Assembly (NCBI GenBank): GCA_951406725.2
Contig: OX597842.1
Location: 2,232,001 to 2,296,000, forward strand
Reading direction: 5' to 3'
Length of the DNA: 64,000 nucleotides
From: Octopus vulgaris
Lineage: Eukaryota
Shown: positions 1 to 14,146 of the stretch, one piece after another
Position numbering within the stretch: the first letter of the stretch is position 1
How the letters are laid out: the number at the start of each line of letters is the position of its first letter
Notes under the pieces: model-generated
The model's input: only the letters and a program-made list of their open reading frames with translations
Database searches by the model: none
What the model was told of the DNA's origin: nothing
Program-made: the position numbers and the translations under genes

Positions 1-87
<87 letters not shown>

Positions 88-108
88 ACTATCTATCTAA
101 ATATCTAT
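1..108. repeat. (CTAT)n microsatellite
   Basis: Near-perfect CTAT tetranucleotide run from the window start. Confidence 0.97.
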
Positions 109-164
109 CTATATTTCTCTATCTCTCTCTCTCTTTCCCTCTCTGTCAGTCTCATTATTGTCAG

Positions 165-730
165 TGGAAATGGTGGTGCTGATGGTAGTTGCGGTAGTGA
201 TGATGTAGTTTACAGTAGTAGTGGCAGTGATGGTGAAGGTGATGGTATTACTGGCGGTGTCAGAGGTTGCGATTACAATGAAATCAATGATGATGATGAT
301 GATGGTGGTGGTGATGGTGGTTGTGATGGGCATGTTGTTTGCAGTGATGATGGTAATGATGCTAAATAACACACTGCCATCATCATCATCGTTATCATCA
401 TCATCTTCGTTATCATCATCATCTTCGTTATCATCATCGTCATCATCGTTGCTGTCATCCACATTATCATCCTCACCACTATCACCGCTGCCATCATCAT
501 CATCATCATCATCATTGCTTCAGTTGTCATCGTCATCATCACCGCTAGAAGCTCCATCATTGCTGTGTATTATTATCATTTTGTCGTAACCATTGTGATG
601 ATCATCACCACCATCATCATCATCATCATCACAATCTTTGTTTCATCATCATCATCATCGTCGTCATCACCTCCATTTCTGTCGCATCATTGTTGTCGTC
701 ATCACAAACATCTTCCTCGTCTTCCTCGTT
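165..730. repeat. Degenerate (GAT/GGT)n then (CAT)n trinucleotide low-complexity tract
   Basis: Visible triplet runs; the overlapping ORFs are homopolymeric. Confidence 0.9.
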
Positions 731-1117
731 AGTATCATTGTCACATTTTCGCAGCTGCTTATGATTGTTATATAAATGGTGTTGCCCCCTCCCTCCTCAC
801 TTCCATCTCACCCCCCACCTGCAACCCTGCGACCTCTTCCCCTGGGGGCTCATCTTCATCGCAGTTATCCATGATATGTTTTTGCTCAAGCCAGCCAGCC
901 AGCCAGGAAGTAAGCCAGCCAGCAAGCCAAGCTCCAACTTTACCTCGCACTCCACTCCAGACACCCCACTCCAACCTCCACCCCCACCCCCAGCATCGCT
1001 TCACACGCTCCCTCATAGTTCTCCCTCCCGCTTTTGTAACTGTCAAACTCTGACCAGAGGTAACGTAAATGCAAGCAAAATAATACAATTCCATGTTTGT
1101 GTGTGTGTTTGTGGGAA

Positions 1118-1615
1118 GGTACGTGGCTCAGTGCTAGAGCATTGGGCTCACAATCATGAAGTAGTGAGTTCAATTCCTGGACTGGGTTGTATGTTGTGTT
1201 CTTGAGCAAGACACTATATTTCACATTGCTCCAGTTCACTCAGCTGTAGATACGAGTTGTGACATCTCTGGTGCCAAACTGTATCGGTCCCTTTCTCTTT
1301 GTCTTGGATAACATCAGTGGCGTGAAGAGGGAGAATGGCATGCATGGGCGACTGCTGGTCTTCCATAAACAACCTTACCTGGACTTGTGCCTCAAAGGGG
1401 AACTATCTAGGGGCAATCCTATGGTCATTCATGACTGGAGTAGGGTCTTTACCCTTTACTCCATGTACCTATAATGGCATGGAGAGCAGGGGCTGGTATG
1501 CATGGGTGACTGCTGGTCATCCATAAACTACCTTACCCGAACTTGTGCCTCGGAGGGGAACTATCTAGGTGCAATCCCATATCCATTCATGACTGAAGGA
1601 GTCTTAACCCCTTAC
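1118..1615 (+). mobile_element. tRNA-derived SINE, family B, with a tandem partial copy of its 3' half (1475-1615)
   Basis: A-box-like tggctcagtgctagag and B-box-like gagttcaattcc head. Body gcatgggcgactgctggtcttccataaacaacc recurs at ~1500 and inverted at 29960-30268 and 49480-49635. Confidence 0.8.
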
Positions 1616-1649
1616 CTTGTGTGCTTATATGCTTGTGTGTGCTGCATAT

Positions 1650-1965
1650 CACCTTGGGTAAGTGTCTTCTACTATAGCCTCGGGCCGACCAAAGCCTTGT
1701 GAATGGATTCGGTAGATAAAAACTGTAATATATATGTAATATAAAAACTGTAATATATATGTCTGTGTGTGTGTCTTTGTGTCTGTGTTTATCCCCGACC
1801 TTCGCTTGACAACCGATGTTGGTGTGTTTATATCCCCGAAACTTACCCCAAAGAATAAGTACTAAGCTTACAAAGAATAAGTCCTGGAGCTGATTTGTTT
1901 GACTATAGGTAGTGCTCCAGCATGGCTGCAGTCAAGTGACCGAAACGTGTAAAAGGGTAAAAGAG
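1650..1965 (+). mobile_element. SINE family A, 5'-truncated
   Basis: caccttgggtaagtgtcttctactatagcc...ctccagcatggctgcagtcaa matches more than 15 other copies in the window. Confidence 0.85.
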
Positions 1966-2540
1966 ATATACATTCATATTTTGAGTTCTATTTTTCCTGT
2001 TTGCATCGCCAAAAATGTACACGTCATCATGTATGTAGAAACGTATGTCCGCTTGTCTGTCCGTCCGTCCCTCTATCAAAGTCACCAAAAATTTATTGGC
2101 CAAGATACTACAGCAGAAAGAAAACATTTACCTATGGTGCCACACACTGGGATTGAACACCAAACCTCATACTCGCAAAGCCAAGCTTCCTAACCACATG
2201 CCCAACACTGCCTGCATCTAAATTGATTCAATTTATTTTCAATATATATTCATTTTGATTCCCAGCCCCCAGCCCCCACCCCCTCCTCCACTCACCTGAT
2301 CTTTTCATTGTCCCCCTTCTTCTTTTCATTCCTGTCCGTCGACCCTTCCCCCATCTGGCGGCACCATAGAAAAATTTTGTGCGGGGTGAAGGGTGCGGAG
2401 AGTGGGGAGATAGTAAATGTGGCGTGGGGCAGGGTGCTGTTTTGCTATTAAGGTCTTATAGTGTCGTGCTGTCTTTCTCATGCAATTCCTATCCCTCTGC
2501 TCTCTTCCTCTCTGTCTGTCTGTCTGTCTGTCTCTGTCTG

Positions 2541-2572
<32 letters not shown>

Positions 2573-2699
2573 CGTTGTCATAAAGACAAACATGTGTCCT
2601 GAACTGTATCGCAATATGATGCCATGACAATCTATATACGCAGACATTGCATTCTTGGAATGAGGATGGTAACCTAAAAGACAATAGCACAGAAACAAA

Positions 2700-4290
<1,591 letters not shown>

Positions 4291-4489
4291 ATGTGCACAC
4301 TCCTGCTGGGTTTTCTCTCTCTACTTAGTGCACAGCTGGAATTCGAGAACCGACCCCAGCTGCCTTGCTTTCCAAAACACTTGCTTCCCAAAGCCATTGT
4401 CTCCAGCAGGAAAAATCAACGACAACAACATCAACAACAAAAACAAACCCTATACACGCACAACAAACAAACAAACAATGAGACACGTT

Positions 4490-4852
4490 GAGGAAACCGC
4501 ATTTCGTGTTGTGCAAGATGTGGCAAAAATATTGATAAGATGCCACAAAGAATTTACTAATATGGCACGAAACAGCAAGATAGCTAAATCTCAACCGATT
4601 TTTCGACAAACGCCAAGGAAAAAAACCAAAAGAAAATTTGAAGAAATACACAAAGATATAGCCAGAAGTGTCTGTGATACAAAGACACGGTTGCTGCCAC
4701 GGAGGAAGAAAGCCATATTCTTGAATGGCCATCTGTATCAACCCACCCTTTGCCCTTATCCGTTCTTGGGTTGCATGCAAATAAAACTCTTGATATTGCT
4801 ATGAATTCTATGTTTCTGAGCATTGGTGATCTCCGCAGCCAGTTTGGGAGTT
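4490..4852 (+). pseudogene. Possible decayed SUV3-like SF2 helicase fragment, copy 1
   Basis: Shifted frames read RVVQDVAKI...LNLNRFF...YKDTVAATEEESHILEWPSVSTHPLPLSVLGLH. 4625-4852 is paralogous to 5740-5955. The family assignment is inference from motif order. Confidence 0.3.
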
Positions 4853-4954
4853 TCTACAATCGGGGGTTCTCATCTGAGGTACATATAACCTTTAGGGGTC
4901 CACGTAAGATTTTGTTGTTAAAATTCGCTAGCAATAAATTCATTATGCTTACTT

Positions 4955-5341
4955 TTTTACTTGTCTCAGTCAATTGACTGTGGCCATGCTGGAGCACTGA
5001 CTTTTACTCGAGCAAATCGACCCCAGGACTTATTCTTTGTAAGCCTGGTACTTATTCTCTCGGTCTCTTTTACCGAACTGCTAAGTTACGGGGACGTAGA
5101 CACACCAACATCGGTTGTCAAGCAATGTTGGGTGGACAATCACAGACACACACACACATACATATATATATGTACATATATACAACAGGCTTCTTTCAGT
5201 TTCCGTCTACCAAATTCACTCACAAGGCTTTGGTTGGCCCGAGGCTATAGTAGAAGACACTTGCACAAGGTGCCATGCAGTGGGACTGAACCCAGAACCA
5301 TGTGGTTGGTAAGCAAGCCACTTACCACACAGCCACTCCTA
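4955..5341 (-). mobile_element. SINE family A, near full length
   Basis: Reverse complement of the family A consensus: tRNA-like head, CORE-like ccttgggcaagtgtctt, internal TA/TG tract, tail acaagtaaaa. Confidence 0.9.
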
Positions 5342-5662
5342 CATCTTCTTTTAATTTTTTTATACAAATCCTTGTAATTCAGGCATAATATATCTCGGAC
5401 TACATTATCAAATGTACAGTACTTAGTATTTGTAGCTATAGTTGTTATTGTTGTTTAACCTCAAGTCAGTCCTAATCCCATAGACCTATGATCATAAGTC
5501 CTCAACCAGGATTTCATATGGCCCTTGGGGACCCATATAAGATTTTGTTGTTAAAATTTATTTGCCTTAAATTGCTTTTGCTTCTTCAACACACAAAATA
5601 TTTAAATTACTTTTATACAATTCCTAATTATATTTAATTAGAAAAATATAGGGTCATATTGA

Positions 5663-6060
5663 TTGGATAAGGCGAGGGTAGTTCTTATTACTCTTTTCCG
5701 CTTAGTGATCGCTGACACGGCTATGTACCCCTTGACCCTACAAATTAAACAAATTGCAGGAAAAACAGGAAGATATAACCAGTACAAAGACATGGTTACT
5801 GCCACGTAGGGAGGAAGCCATATACTTGAATAGTCTTGTGTATCAACCCACCCCTCATTCTTATCTGTTCTTGGGTTGCATGAAAATAAAAGTTTTCATA
5901 TTGCTCTGAATTCTGTTTCTGAGCATTGGTGATCTCTGCAGCCATTTGGGGAGTCTTTGTGATCAGTTATCGTAGAGGATTTTGTTACCATTTTTTTGTT
6001 GAAATACGGTTTTATAACCAGTTTGGTTGCTCTTTGTGTAACACTACTTTTATATGTTTC
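5663..6060 (+). pseudogene. Possible decayed SUV3-like SF2 helicase fragment, copy 2
   Basis: Frame from 5663 reads LDKARVVLITLFRLVIADTAMYPLTLQIKQIAGKTGRYNQYKDMVTAT*, two G>A changes away from helicase motif VI QIKQIAGRAGRY. Several stops follow. Confidence 0.4.
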
Positions 6061-6074
6061 ATCATCATGATTAT

Positions 6075-6310
6075 CATCATCGTTTAACGTCCGCTTTCCA
6101 TGGTATCATGGATTGGACAATTTGACTGAGGGCTGGCAAATCAGATGGCTGCACCATGCTTCAATCTTGATCTGGCAGAGTTTCTACAGCTGGATGCTCT
6201 TCCTAACGCCAACCACTCCGAGAGTGTAGTGGGTGCCTTTAAGTGCATCGGCACGAGGGCCAGTCTGGCATTACTGGCAATGGCCACGCTCGAAATGGTG
6301 TTTTTTACGA
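6075..6310 (-). mobile_element. SINE family C with (GAT)n tail, partial
   Basis: catcatcgtttaacgtccgctttccatg...ctacagctggatgc...aacgccaaccactccgagagtgtagtgggtg is shared with the copies at 7766, 19385, 23553, 48275 and 55105. Confidence 0.85.
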
Positions 6311-7097
6311 TATTTGGAAATAGATAATAAATATATTTTACTTTCGAAGTAAGAATACATATTGATAAACCCGTCACTTATAACTTACTTATAAGTGTTA
6401 TCATTATACATAAATCCTGACTCCAGCTACATAAACGCCATAGCGAGAAATATATACTCTGAATCGCTAATGGACATTTTATGTGTGCATATATGTAGAA
6501 GATAAATAAATTCATGTTCTTTTAACCGCTATAAAAAATACACAGTTTCATAATTGCAGAAATACATTTCATTAACAAGTTGAAGAACGTGAAGAAAGAG
6601 AAAATAATTACTACATTAGTTTATTTTTGTACATTTAGTATTTATAGTACAACTGGAAAGTAAAGTCATTTTGTCGTAGAGAATTATGACTTAAAAGTCA
6701 CACTAGCTAATCCTTCATACTAACTAATAGAGTTCACAACATTTCAAATAAGTCTTGTTGGATTTTTATCATAGACATGGCATAAAAAATAACCAATATC
6801 TCAAGGAGTGAGTGTCATGGAGTTTAGTAACATCCTACGAACACTAAGTAATTTCCCCAAAATCAGGGTTTTTATAACTGCTCATACCTGAATTCTAAGA
6901 ACCATATTTCATGAAAGATTTCTTTGACAAAAGTTTAGAATTCAAGTATGGGCAGTAATTTTAACTAGTGGGATTACCAACAATTATGCTTGTTCAGGCA
7001 AATGACCATCACGTCATATTGCCGCCGTTTATAACTTGACTTGCCACAACTGCTTTTGTTTCAATCAAGTTTGGAAATAATTAAGAATTTTGTAACA

Positions 7098-7437
7098 TGA
7101 GTGGCTGTGTGGTAAGTAGGTGCAGGAGTGGGTGTGTTTCCAGTTTCAGTCCCACTGCATGGCACCTTAGGCAAGTGTCTTCTGCTATAGCCTCAGGCTG
7201 ACCAAAGCCTTGGGAGTGGATTTGGTAGACGGAAACTGAAAGAAGCCTGTCGTATATATATATATGTTGATGTGTCTGTGTTTGTCCCCCCATCGCTTGA
7301 CAACTGATGCTGGTGCAAGAGAGACCGATAGAATAAGTACTAGGCTTACAAAGAATAAGTCCTGGGGTCAATTTGCTCACCTAAAGGCAGTACTCCAGCA
7401 TGGCCACAGTCAAATGTCTGAAACAAATAAAAGAATA
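7098..7437 (+). mobile_element. SINE family A with duplicated head
   Basis: Matches the family A consensus; gagtggctgtgtgg-type head occurs twice. Confidence 0.88.
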
Positions 7438-7439
7438 AC

Positions 7440-8797
7440 ATAATTTTGTTATTATTATGTTTGTGATAAGAGCATAAATTAATATGAAATCCTGATGATT
7501 TTAATTTTGATCACTTTAACCCTTTTGTTCCCTTATTTCTGCCTTTGGTTCATTAAATTTTCAAAATAAGGAAGAATCTAGTGATGTAACTCTCTCACTA
7601 TTAATCTGGTATTTGGAACATAAATTAACATGAGTTAATGGAAGGGTTTGATTTAGATTACTTTAACCCTTTGGTTACCATATTGGAAACTCAACACCTT
7701 TCTTTCAGTTAATTTTGAAAATAACAAAGAAATTTAGTAAAATAACTTTGTCATTACTTACGTGGTCATCATCATCATCATCATCGTTTAACGCCCATTT
7801 TCCATGCTAGCATGGGTTGGACGGTTCAACTGGGGTCTGGGAGGCCAGAAGGCTGCACCAGGCTCCAGTCTTATCTGGCAGTGTTTCTACAGCTGGATGC
7901 CCTTCCTAACGCCAATTAGTTCGTGAGTGTAGTGGGTGCCTTTTACATGTCACCCGCACAGGGGCCAGAAGAGGCTGGCAAACGGCCACGATCAGTTAGT
8001 GCTTTTACGTGTCACCGACACTGATGCAAGTCAGGCAGTGCTTTTAACGTATCATCAGCACGGGTATCTTAACTACAATTTCCATTTGATTTTTATTTTG
8101 ATGTTGATGTTGACGTACTTGACTCAATAGGTCTCCTCAAGAACAGCGGGTCACTCTACAATCCAAGGTTAGCACAGAAGGCCGTCCTGCGAGCCATGAA
8201 CTCACTTCATTTGTCAGGTCTTCACAGCCACAGCATACCTCAGGGGTCTTGGTCTTCGTCATTTCCTCTGTGAGGCCCTACATGACACCAGCACTTGGAA
8301 CATTAAAAGGAAATTTTGATGGTAGGTTTAGATTTAGATCACTTTAACCCTTTGGTTACCATACTCCTCTTGAAATACACTGCATTTGTTTTAGTCAAGT
8401 TTGATAATAATGAAGAATTTAGCTGTAATAACCTTGTCGCTTTTATGCTAAGGTTTAGAACATAAATTAATATGAAATTTTGATGGACGGTTATAATTTT
8501 GATCACTTTAAAACAAGAACTTTGTGTCAGAGAACCAGCAGCAGTCCCGGGTGGAATGGTATCAAATGGTTAACACTTTTATTTCCACATCTCACTTGAA
8601 ATATGCTGCCTTTGTTTCAATTAATTTTGAAGCTAATGAAGAATTTAGTAGAATAACTGTCAGTATTAAGCTTCTGTTTGGAATATCAAATTAACATAAA
8701 ATTTTAATGGAAGGTTGTAATTTAGATTGCTTTAAAACTGGTAATTTTGTATTGTAGAAACCAGGGGCAGTTTCAGGTACCTTTTGTATCAAAAGGG
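7440..8797. mobile_element. Cluster of ~225 bp piggyBac-type (TTAA) MITE copies; complete copies at 8348-8569 and 8574-8797, partial copies at 7440-7760
   Basis: ttaa-ccctttggttacc ... ggtatcaaa(a/t)gg-ttaa ends. Repeated internal motif aataatgaagaatttagtaaaataac...cataaattaacatgaaattttgatggaagg. Confidence 0.7.
7766..8280 (-). mobile_element. SINE family C, long copy, inserted in the MITE cluster
   Basis: Reverse complement of 55105-55660 along most of its length. Confidence 0.88.
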
Positions 8798-8972
8798 TTT
8801 ATCTTTTTATAAAATGTCTTGCTCAGTTGCTCAGCAGATGTTTATTTTGGAGGCTCAGCATTGAAGCAGGGGAGTAGCTCAAGAAGCGCAGGTGTGGATA
8901 TGTGGTAAGGAGTTTACTTTCCAAGCACCTGGTTCTGGATTCACTTGTCCAAGATGCCACATAGTGAGACTA

Positions 8973-10270
8973 CTGTTTCTACCAGGTCTAGTTACCATAT
9001 AGAGGTCTCCCTCATTTTTCCTACCTACATATACACATACATAAGACAATAGAGGGAGATATAGCAACTGTTTCTAACAGGTTTAGCTACCATGTAGAAG
9101 TCTCTCTCTCATACAGATCTGAGCCAAGCCATAACTCTACTGAGATAATAAGCCACAAGTTTCTCACCAACCAAATCACCAAGTCAAATGAGCTATCCAT
9201 CAACTGAGCCACTGGTCTCCCATTTGACCATATCACTGACCAACAAAATTATTCAGACACTGAGTCACAGTTTTACTGAGTCTACTACTCCACCAGATTA
9301 CTCAGCCACTATCTTATCCCAGGCCAATCAGCAACTGAGCTGCTCTTTTCACAAGTCAACAGGCTTCAATTCTACTAAGGCACTGAGCCATGAAGTTAGC
9401 CACCATTCTCCTGATCTAGTGAAACACCAAATTACTCAGCATCTGAATTACTAAACTGATATGCCACTGTACTGCTCAGTTGCTCAGCAGATGTTTCATT
9501 TCGAGGCTCAGCACTGAAGCAGGGGAGTAGCTCAAGAAGCACAGGTGTGGATATGAGGTAAAGAGTTTGCTTTCCAAGAACTTGGTTCTGGATTCAGTCC
9601 CACTATGTGGCATCTTGGACAAGTGAATCCAGAACCAGGTGCTTGCAAAGCAAACTCTTTACCCCACACTCACACCTGTGCTTCTTGAGCTACTCCCCTG
9701 CTTCAATGCTGAGCCTCCAAAAGGGACATCTGCTGAACAACTGAGCAGTACAGTGGCATATCAGTTTGGTTGTTCAGTTGCTGAGTAATTTGGTGTTTCA
9801 CTAGATCAGGAGAATGGTGACTAATTTCATGGCTCAGTGCCTTAGTAGAATTGAAGATTGTTGACTTGTGAAAAGAGCAGCTCAGTTGCTGATTGGCCTG
9901 GGATTATACAGTGGCTGAGTAATCGGGTGGAGTAGTAGACTCAGTAAAACTGTGACTCAGTGTCTGAATAATTTCGTTGGTCAGTGATATGGTCAAATGT
10001 GAGACCAGTGGCTCAGTTGATGGATAGCTCATTTGACTTGGTGATTTGGTTGCTGAGTAACTTAGTGGTTTATTATCTCAGTAGAGTGATGACTTGGCTC
10101 AGATTCTGTTATGAACCAATGAGAGAGAGACTTCTACATGGTAGCTAAACCTGTTAGAAACAGTTGCTATATCTCCCTCTAATCACACCCTACTGTCTTA
10201 TGTATGTGTATATGTAGGTAGGAATGAATGAGGGAGACCTCTATATGGTAACTAGACCTGGTAGAAACAG
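8973..10270. repeat. Long fold-back inverted repeat (arms 8973-9596 and 9624-10270, 27 nt loop)
   Basis: The arms read as reverse complements throughout, e.g. ctgtttctaccaggtctagttaccatatagagg vs cctctatatggtaactagacctggtagaaacag, with scattered mismatches and small indels. Confidence 0.95.
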
Positions 10271-10309
10271 CAGCCAAATGTCCCTCAAATCACACTCTAC
10301 TGTCTTATG

Positions 10310-10396
<87 letters not shown>

Positions 10397-10489
10397 CAGT
10401 GAGAGAGAATACTAGATGGCAACTAAACCTGATAGAAATAGCTGCCAAACCTCCCTTAAATCACACCCTATTGTCTTGTGTGTGTGTAT

Positions 10490-10521
<32 letters not shown>

Positions 10522-11200
10522 GTCAAACCCTTGATTCAATAATACTGAGTATAAACTCTATACTTGGAATGACCAATTTTAAATACTTTTGGATTTTACT
10601 CACAAGGTATTGGAATCTTATGTATATATACCATTCTCTCTAAATAATGGATCTACAAATGCAATATCCCTGTATATCTCACATCTATTTTCTTTCCTCC
10701 ACCTCACTCTGTATTTTGTATCACATCGAAACTAACTATGACTTAACCATCCTCTCACACCGTCTCCGATGAAGGGATAAAATTAATAAATATCCTAGAA
10801 ACAGCTGTAAGACCTTCTATCGATAAATGTTCTAAAATCTACACAGCCTTGGTTTTTTTATCTCATTACGAAAAAAAATATTTACATATATGTAAATGAG
10901 CCAATGAAGGAAGCCTGTACATGCTAGCTAGACCTGGTAGAAATGGTAACCAAGCCTCCCTCAAATCATAGCTTTCTGACTTAGGTATGTTTGTTTGTAT
11001 GTATCAGCCAAAGAGAAACTTGCACGTTGTAGTTTGACCTGCTAAAAATAGCAGCTTGATCTCCCTCAAATCACACCCTGCTGTCTTATGTGTATGTATA
11101 TATATATATATATACACATGAGTCAACGAGGAAGATGTCTTCATTGTAACTTGACCTGAAAGAGATAGCAGTCAAATGCCCTCAAATCACACTCTATTGT
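10134..11200 (+). repeat. Locally repeated ~70 bp unit (acctgntagaaayagcagccaaatctccctcaaatcacaccctactgtctta), about 6 copies
   Basis: Copies start near 10134, 10240, 10413, 10917, 11025 and 11140. Confidence 0.8.
10762..10813 (+). ncRNA. Minimal hammerhead-like motif (core variant CCGAUGA) in a PLE-like fragment
   Basis: gtct-CCGATGA-agggata..tatcct-a-GAAA-cagctg-TA-agac: stem I gtct/agac, stem II, palindromic stem III. Confidence 0.55.
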
Positions 11201-11379
11201 CTTAAATTATGATGAATACATTGGACAGCATAGTCCCTGATATGTAAACTGACAGGACTGTCATGGATGGAAGACCCATGTTCATAGATCTTCAGGGTCA
11301 AGGTTTGATATGGAGATTGAACAACATCAGAACCATTATTATGAACAAAACAAACATTTCTCTCTAAGACCATCATCTC

Positions 11380-12870
11380 CAAATCCACCACCACCACCAT
11401 CATGACCCCTACCACTGGTCTCCGATTTCCACCATCTTCCTCCCCACTCCACTGTATTATTGTCCCTCATCCTTTCCCCCACTACCTAACCATCACTACC
11501 ACCTACACCACAGCAAACAACAACAACTACAACCACCACAATAATGCAATGTACCTCTCCACTCCTATTGCAGTGTCAGTTACAGAACTTATGTCTGAGA
11601 GTGTCTGCATATGACGATGGTGGTGGCAGTGGTGTTGGTGGTGGTGATGATGGAGTGGTTGTTGTGTTGGTGGTGGTGGTGATGGTAGTGGTTGTGTTGC
11701 TGACGGTGATACTGGTGATGGCGGTGATGGTGGTGGTTGTGGTTATGTTGATGGTATTGGTGATGGTGATTGTATTTTTGTTGATGGTGGTGGCGGTGAT
11801 GGTGGTGGTTGTGGTTATGTTGATGGTATTGGTGATGGTGATAAGAATGATGATTATGATGATGGCTGTGGTGGCGGCAATGGTGGTGGTGGCTGGTGAT
11901 TGCAGTGATGATGATGGTGGTGGTGGTGGTGGTAGTAGTGATAGTGGTGGCGATGATGATGGACGGTGATTGCAGTAATGATGATGATGATCATGACAGT
12001 GGTGGTGATGATTGTGGTGATGGTAGTGGTTGTGTTGCTGATGGTGATACTGGTGATGATGATGGTGGTGGTAGTTGTGGTTGTGGTGGTGGAAGTAGTA
12101 GTTTTGGTTATATTTTTGTTGGTGGTGGTGGAAGTAGTGGTTGTGGTGGTAGTAGTGGTTGTGGTGGTAGTAGTGGTTGTGGTGGTGGTGGTGGTGGTTA
12201 TGTTGGTGGTAGGAATGATGGTGATAAGAATGACATTATGATGATGGCTGCAGTGGCTGGTGATAGCAATGATAATGATGATGATGATGCGCATGACAGT
12301 GGTGGTGATGATGACAATTTTGGCAGTGGTGGTAGTGGTGACAATGATGACTGCTCTGAAGGTGATGGTTGCAGTGGTGGCGATGTTGATACTGCCGCTG
12401 CTGTTGATGATGATGATGGTGGTGGTGGTGACTGTAGCAATAGGGATGATGATGGCAGTGTCAACGATGTTTATGATAGTGTTTACTATAAAGATGATTT
12501 CAGATCACGGCAATAGTAACAACCAATGGTGATGATGATGATGATGATGGTAACCTTGCAATTTCTATTGTTCTTCTTGTTACTCTTGTTCTCATTGATG
12601 TTGTTGTTGTCATCATTGTCATTGTTGTTGTTGTTATTGTAGCTGTTTTGCCGGCATTATTATTGTCATCGTCATTTTCATCTCCATTGTCATTGCTCCT
12701 GTCATTATTATTGTCGTCTCATTGTTGTTCTTGTTATGTTCACCTTACAGTTATTATATACATACAGCATTCATATGTTGTTGTCACTGATATTGATCTC
12801 ATTGTTGTTGTTGTTGCCGTTATTGTCATCTTCATCGTCACAGCTGTTGTTGTTGTTGTTTTCGTCATTG
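11380..12870. repeat. Trinucleotide low-complexity field (CAC, GGT, GAT, GTT)
   Basis: Degenerate triplet runs. Confidence 0.9.
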
Positions 12871-13099
12871 TTGACATGTTCACCTTACAATTATTTTGCC
12901 CCCTGTTACATTGTAAGAAAACGATTCCTGGGCTTCTGGGACAAAAAAAGGGGTTTCTCATTTCTCACCCCTCGACTTTCTCTTTCCTTATTTATCTGGC
13001 TTTTACCATCCCCCTCCTTTCTCTCTCTCTCTCTTACTTTCACTTTCTCTTTAGCTATGTATGAATATGTATCTGTTTATGACTGCATATGTGTGTTTC

Positions 13100-13190
13100 T
13101 AATTGTCTGTCTATTTGCTTTCTATGTCTGTTCACCTACTTATCTACCTATCTCTCTTTTTAACTATAAATCTAGCTCCCTCTCTCTCTC

Positions 13191-13241
<51 letters not shown>

Positions 13242-13466
13242 TTCTTTGTATCTATCAAACTGTCCATTTATCTGTCTATATAACTTTCCATCCAGCCAGT
13301 CATCTATTTATCTTTGTCTGTCTGTCTGTCTGTCTATATCTATCAATCTATCCATCTCTTTGTCTATATATCTATCTTCCTATCTGTCTGTCTGTCTATC
13401 TATCTATGCATCTATCTATCGCTTTGTCTATCCTCCTATCCATTTGTCTGCCTGTCTATCTATCTA

Positions 13467-13503
<37 letters not shown>

Positions 13504-14098
13504 CTTTGACTATCTGCCTATCTATTTTTCTGGCTCTGTGTTTATCCATCCATCTGTCTATCCATCTATCTATCTGCCTGTCTCTCTACCTATATCTACC
13601 TTTCTATCTATCCATCTGGCAGGCTGGCTGTGTATGTCTCTTTCTCTCCATGTATCTGTCTGTCCCTCTCTCTTTTCCTCTCCTCTCCCTCCACCAGTCC
13701 ACCACACCCACACTCCTGCTGCTGTCCAGATCTTTTTCTATTATCTCTAGGGTCCAATTTGATGACACCAACAATACAGCCACACACACACACATACGCA
13801 CACACACATGCATACACACGCTTACACACAGCCTCTGTCTGACCTTCTCTTTTACATATACACACATGCTCTCTGTCTCTCTCACTCACTCATGCTCTAT
13901 CTCTCTCTCTCTCTCAAATGTTTGCTTTCTCTCTGTCTCTCTCTCTCACTCACTCATGCTCTAAATCTCCTTCTATCGCACTCTCACTCACTCTCTGTCT
14001 GTCTCACATACACATTTAGTCTCTCTCTTACTCTCCCTCACACATACACACATTCTCTGTATTGTTCTCCATTTTTCTTTCCTGTTCTTCCTCACACA

Positions 14099-14146
<48 letters not shown>

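Noticed and set aside
1118-1190. tRNA genes at SINE heads (also 29190, 42718, 52471)
   Set aside because: Only degenerate A/B boxes followed by SINE bodies; no complete cloverleaf.
5793-5965. Short minus-strand ORF (MAAEITNAQKQ...YGFLPTWQ) in the duplicated segment
   Set aside because: The paralogous copy has a frameshift and a stop in this frame, and I recognise no motif; it may be an antisense shadow.
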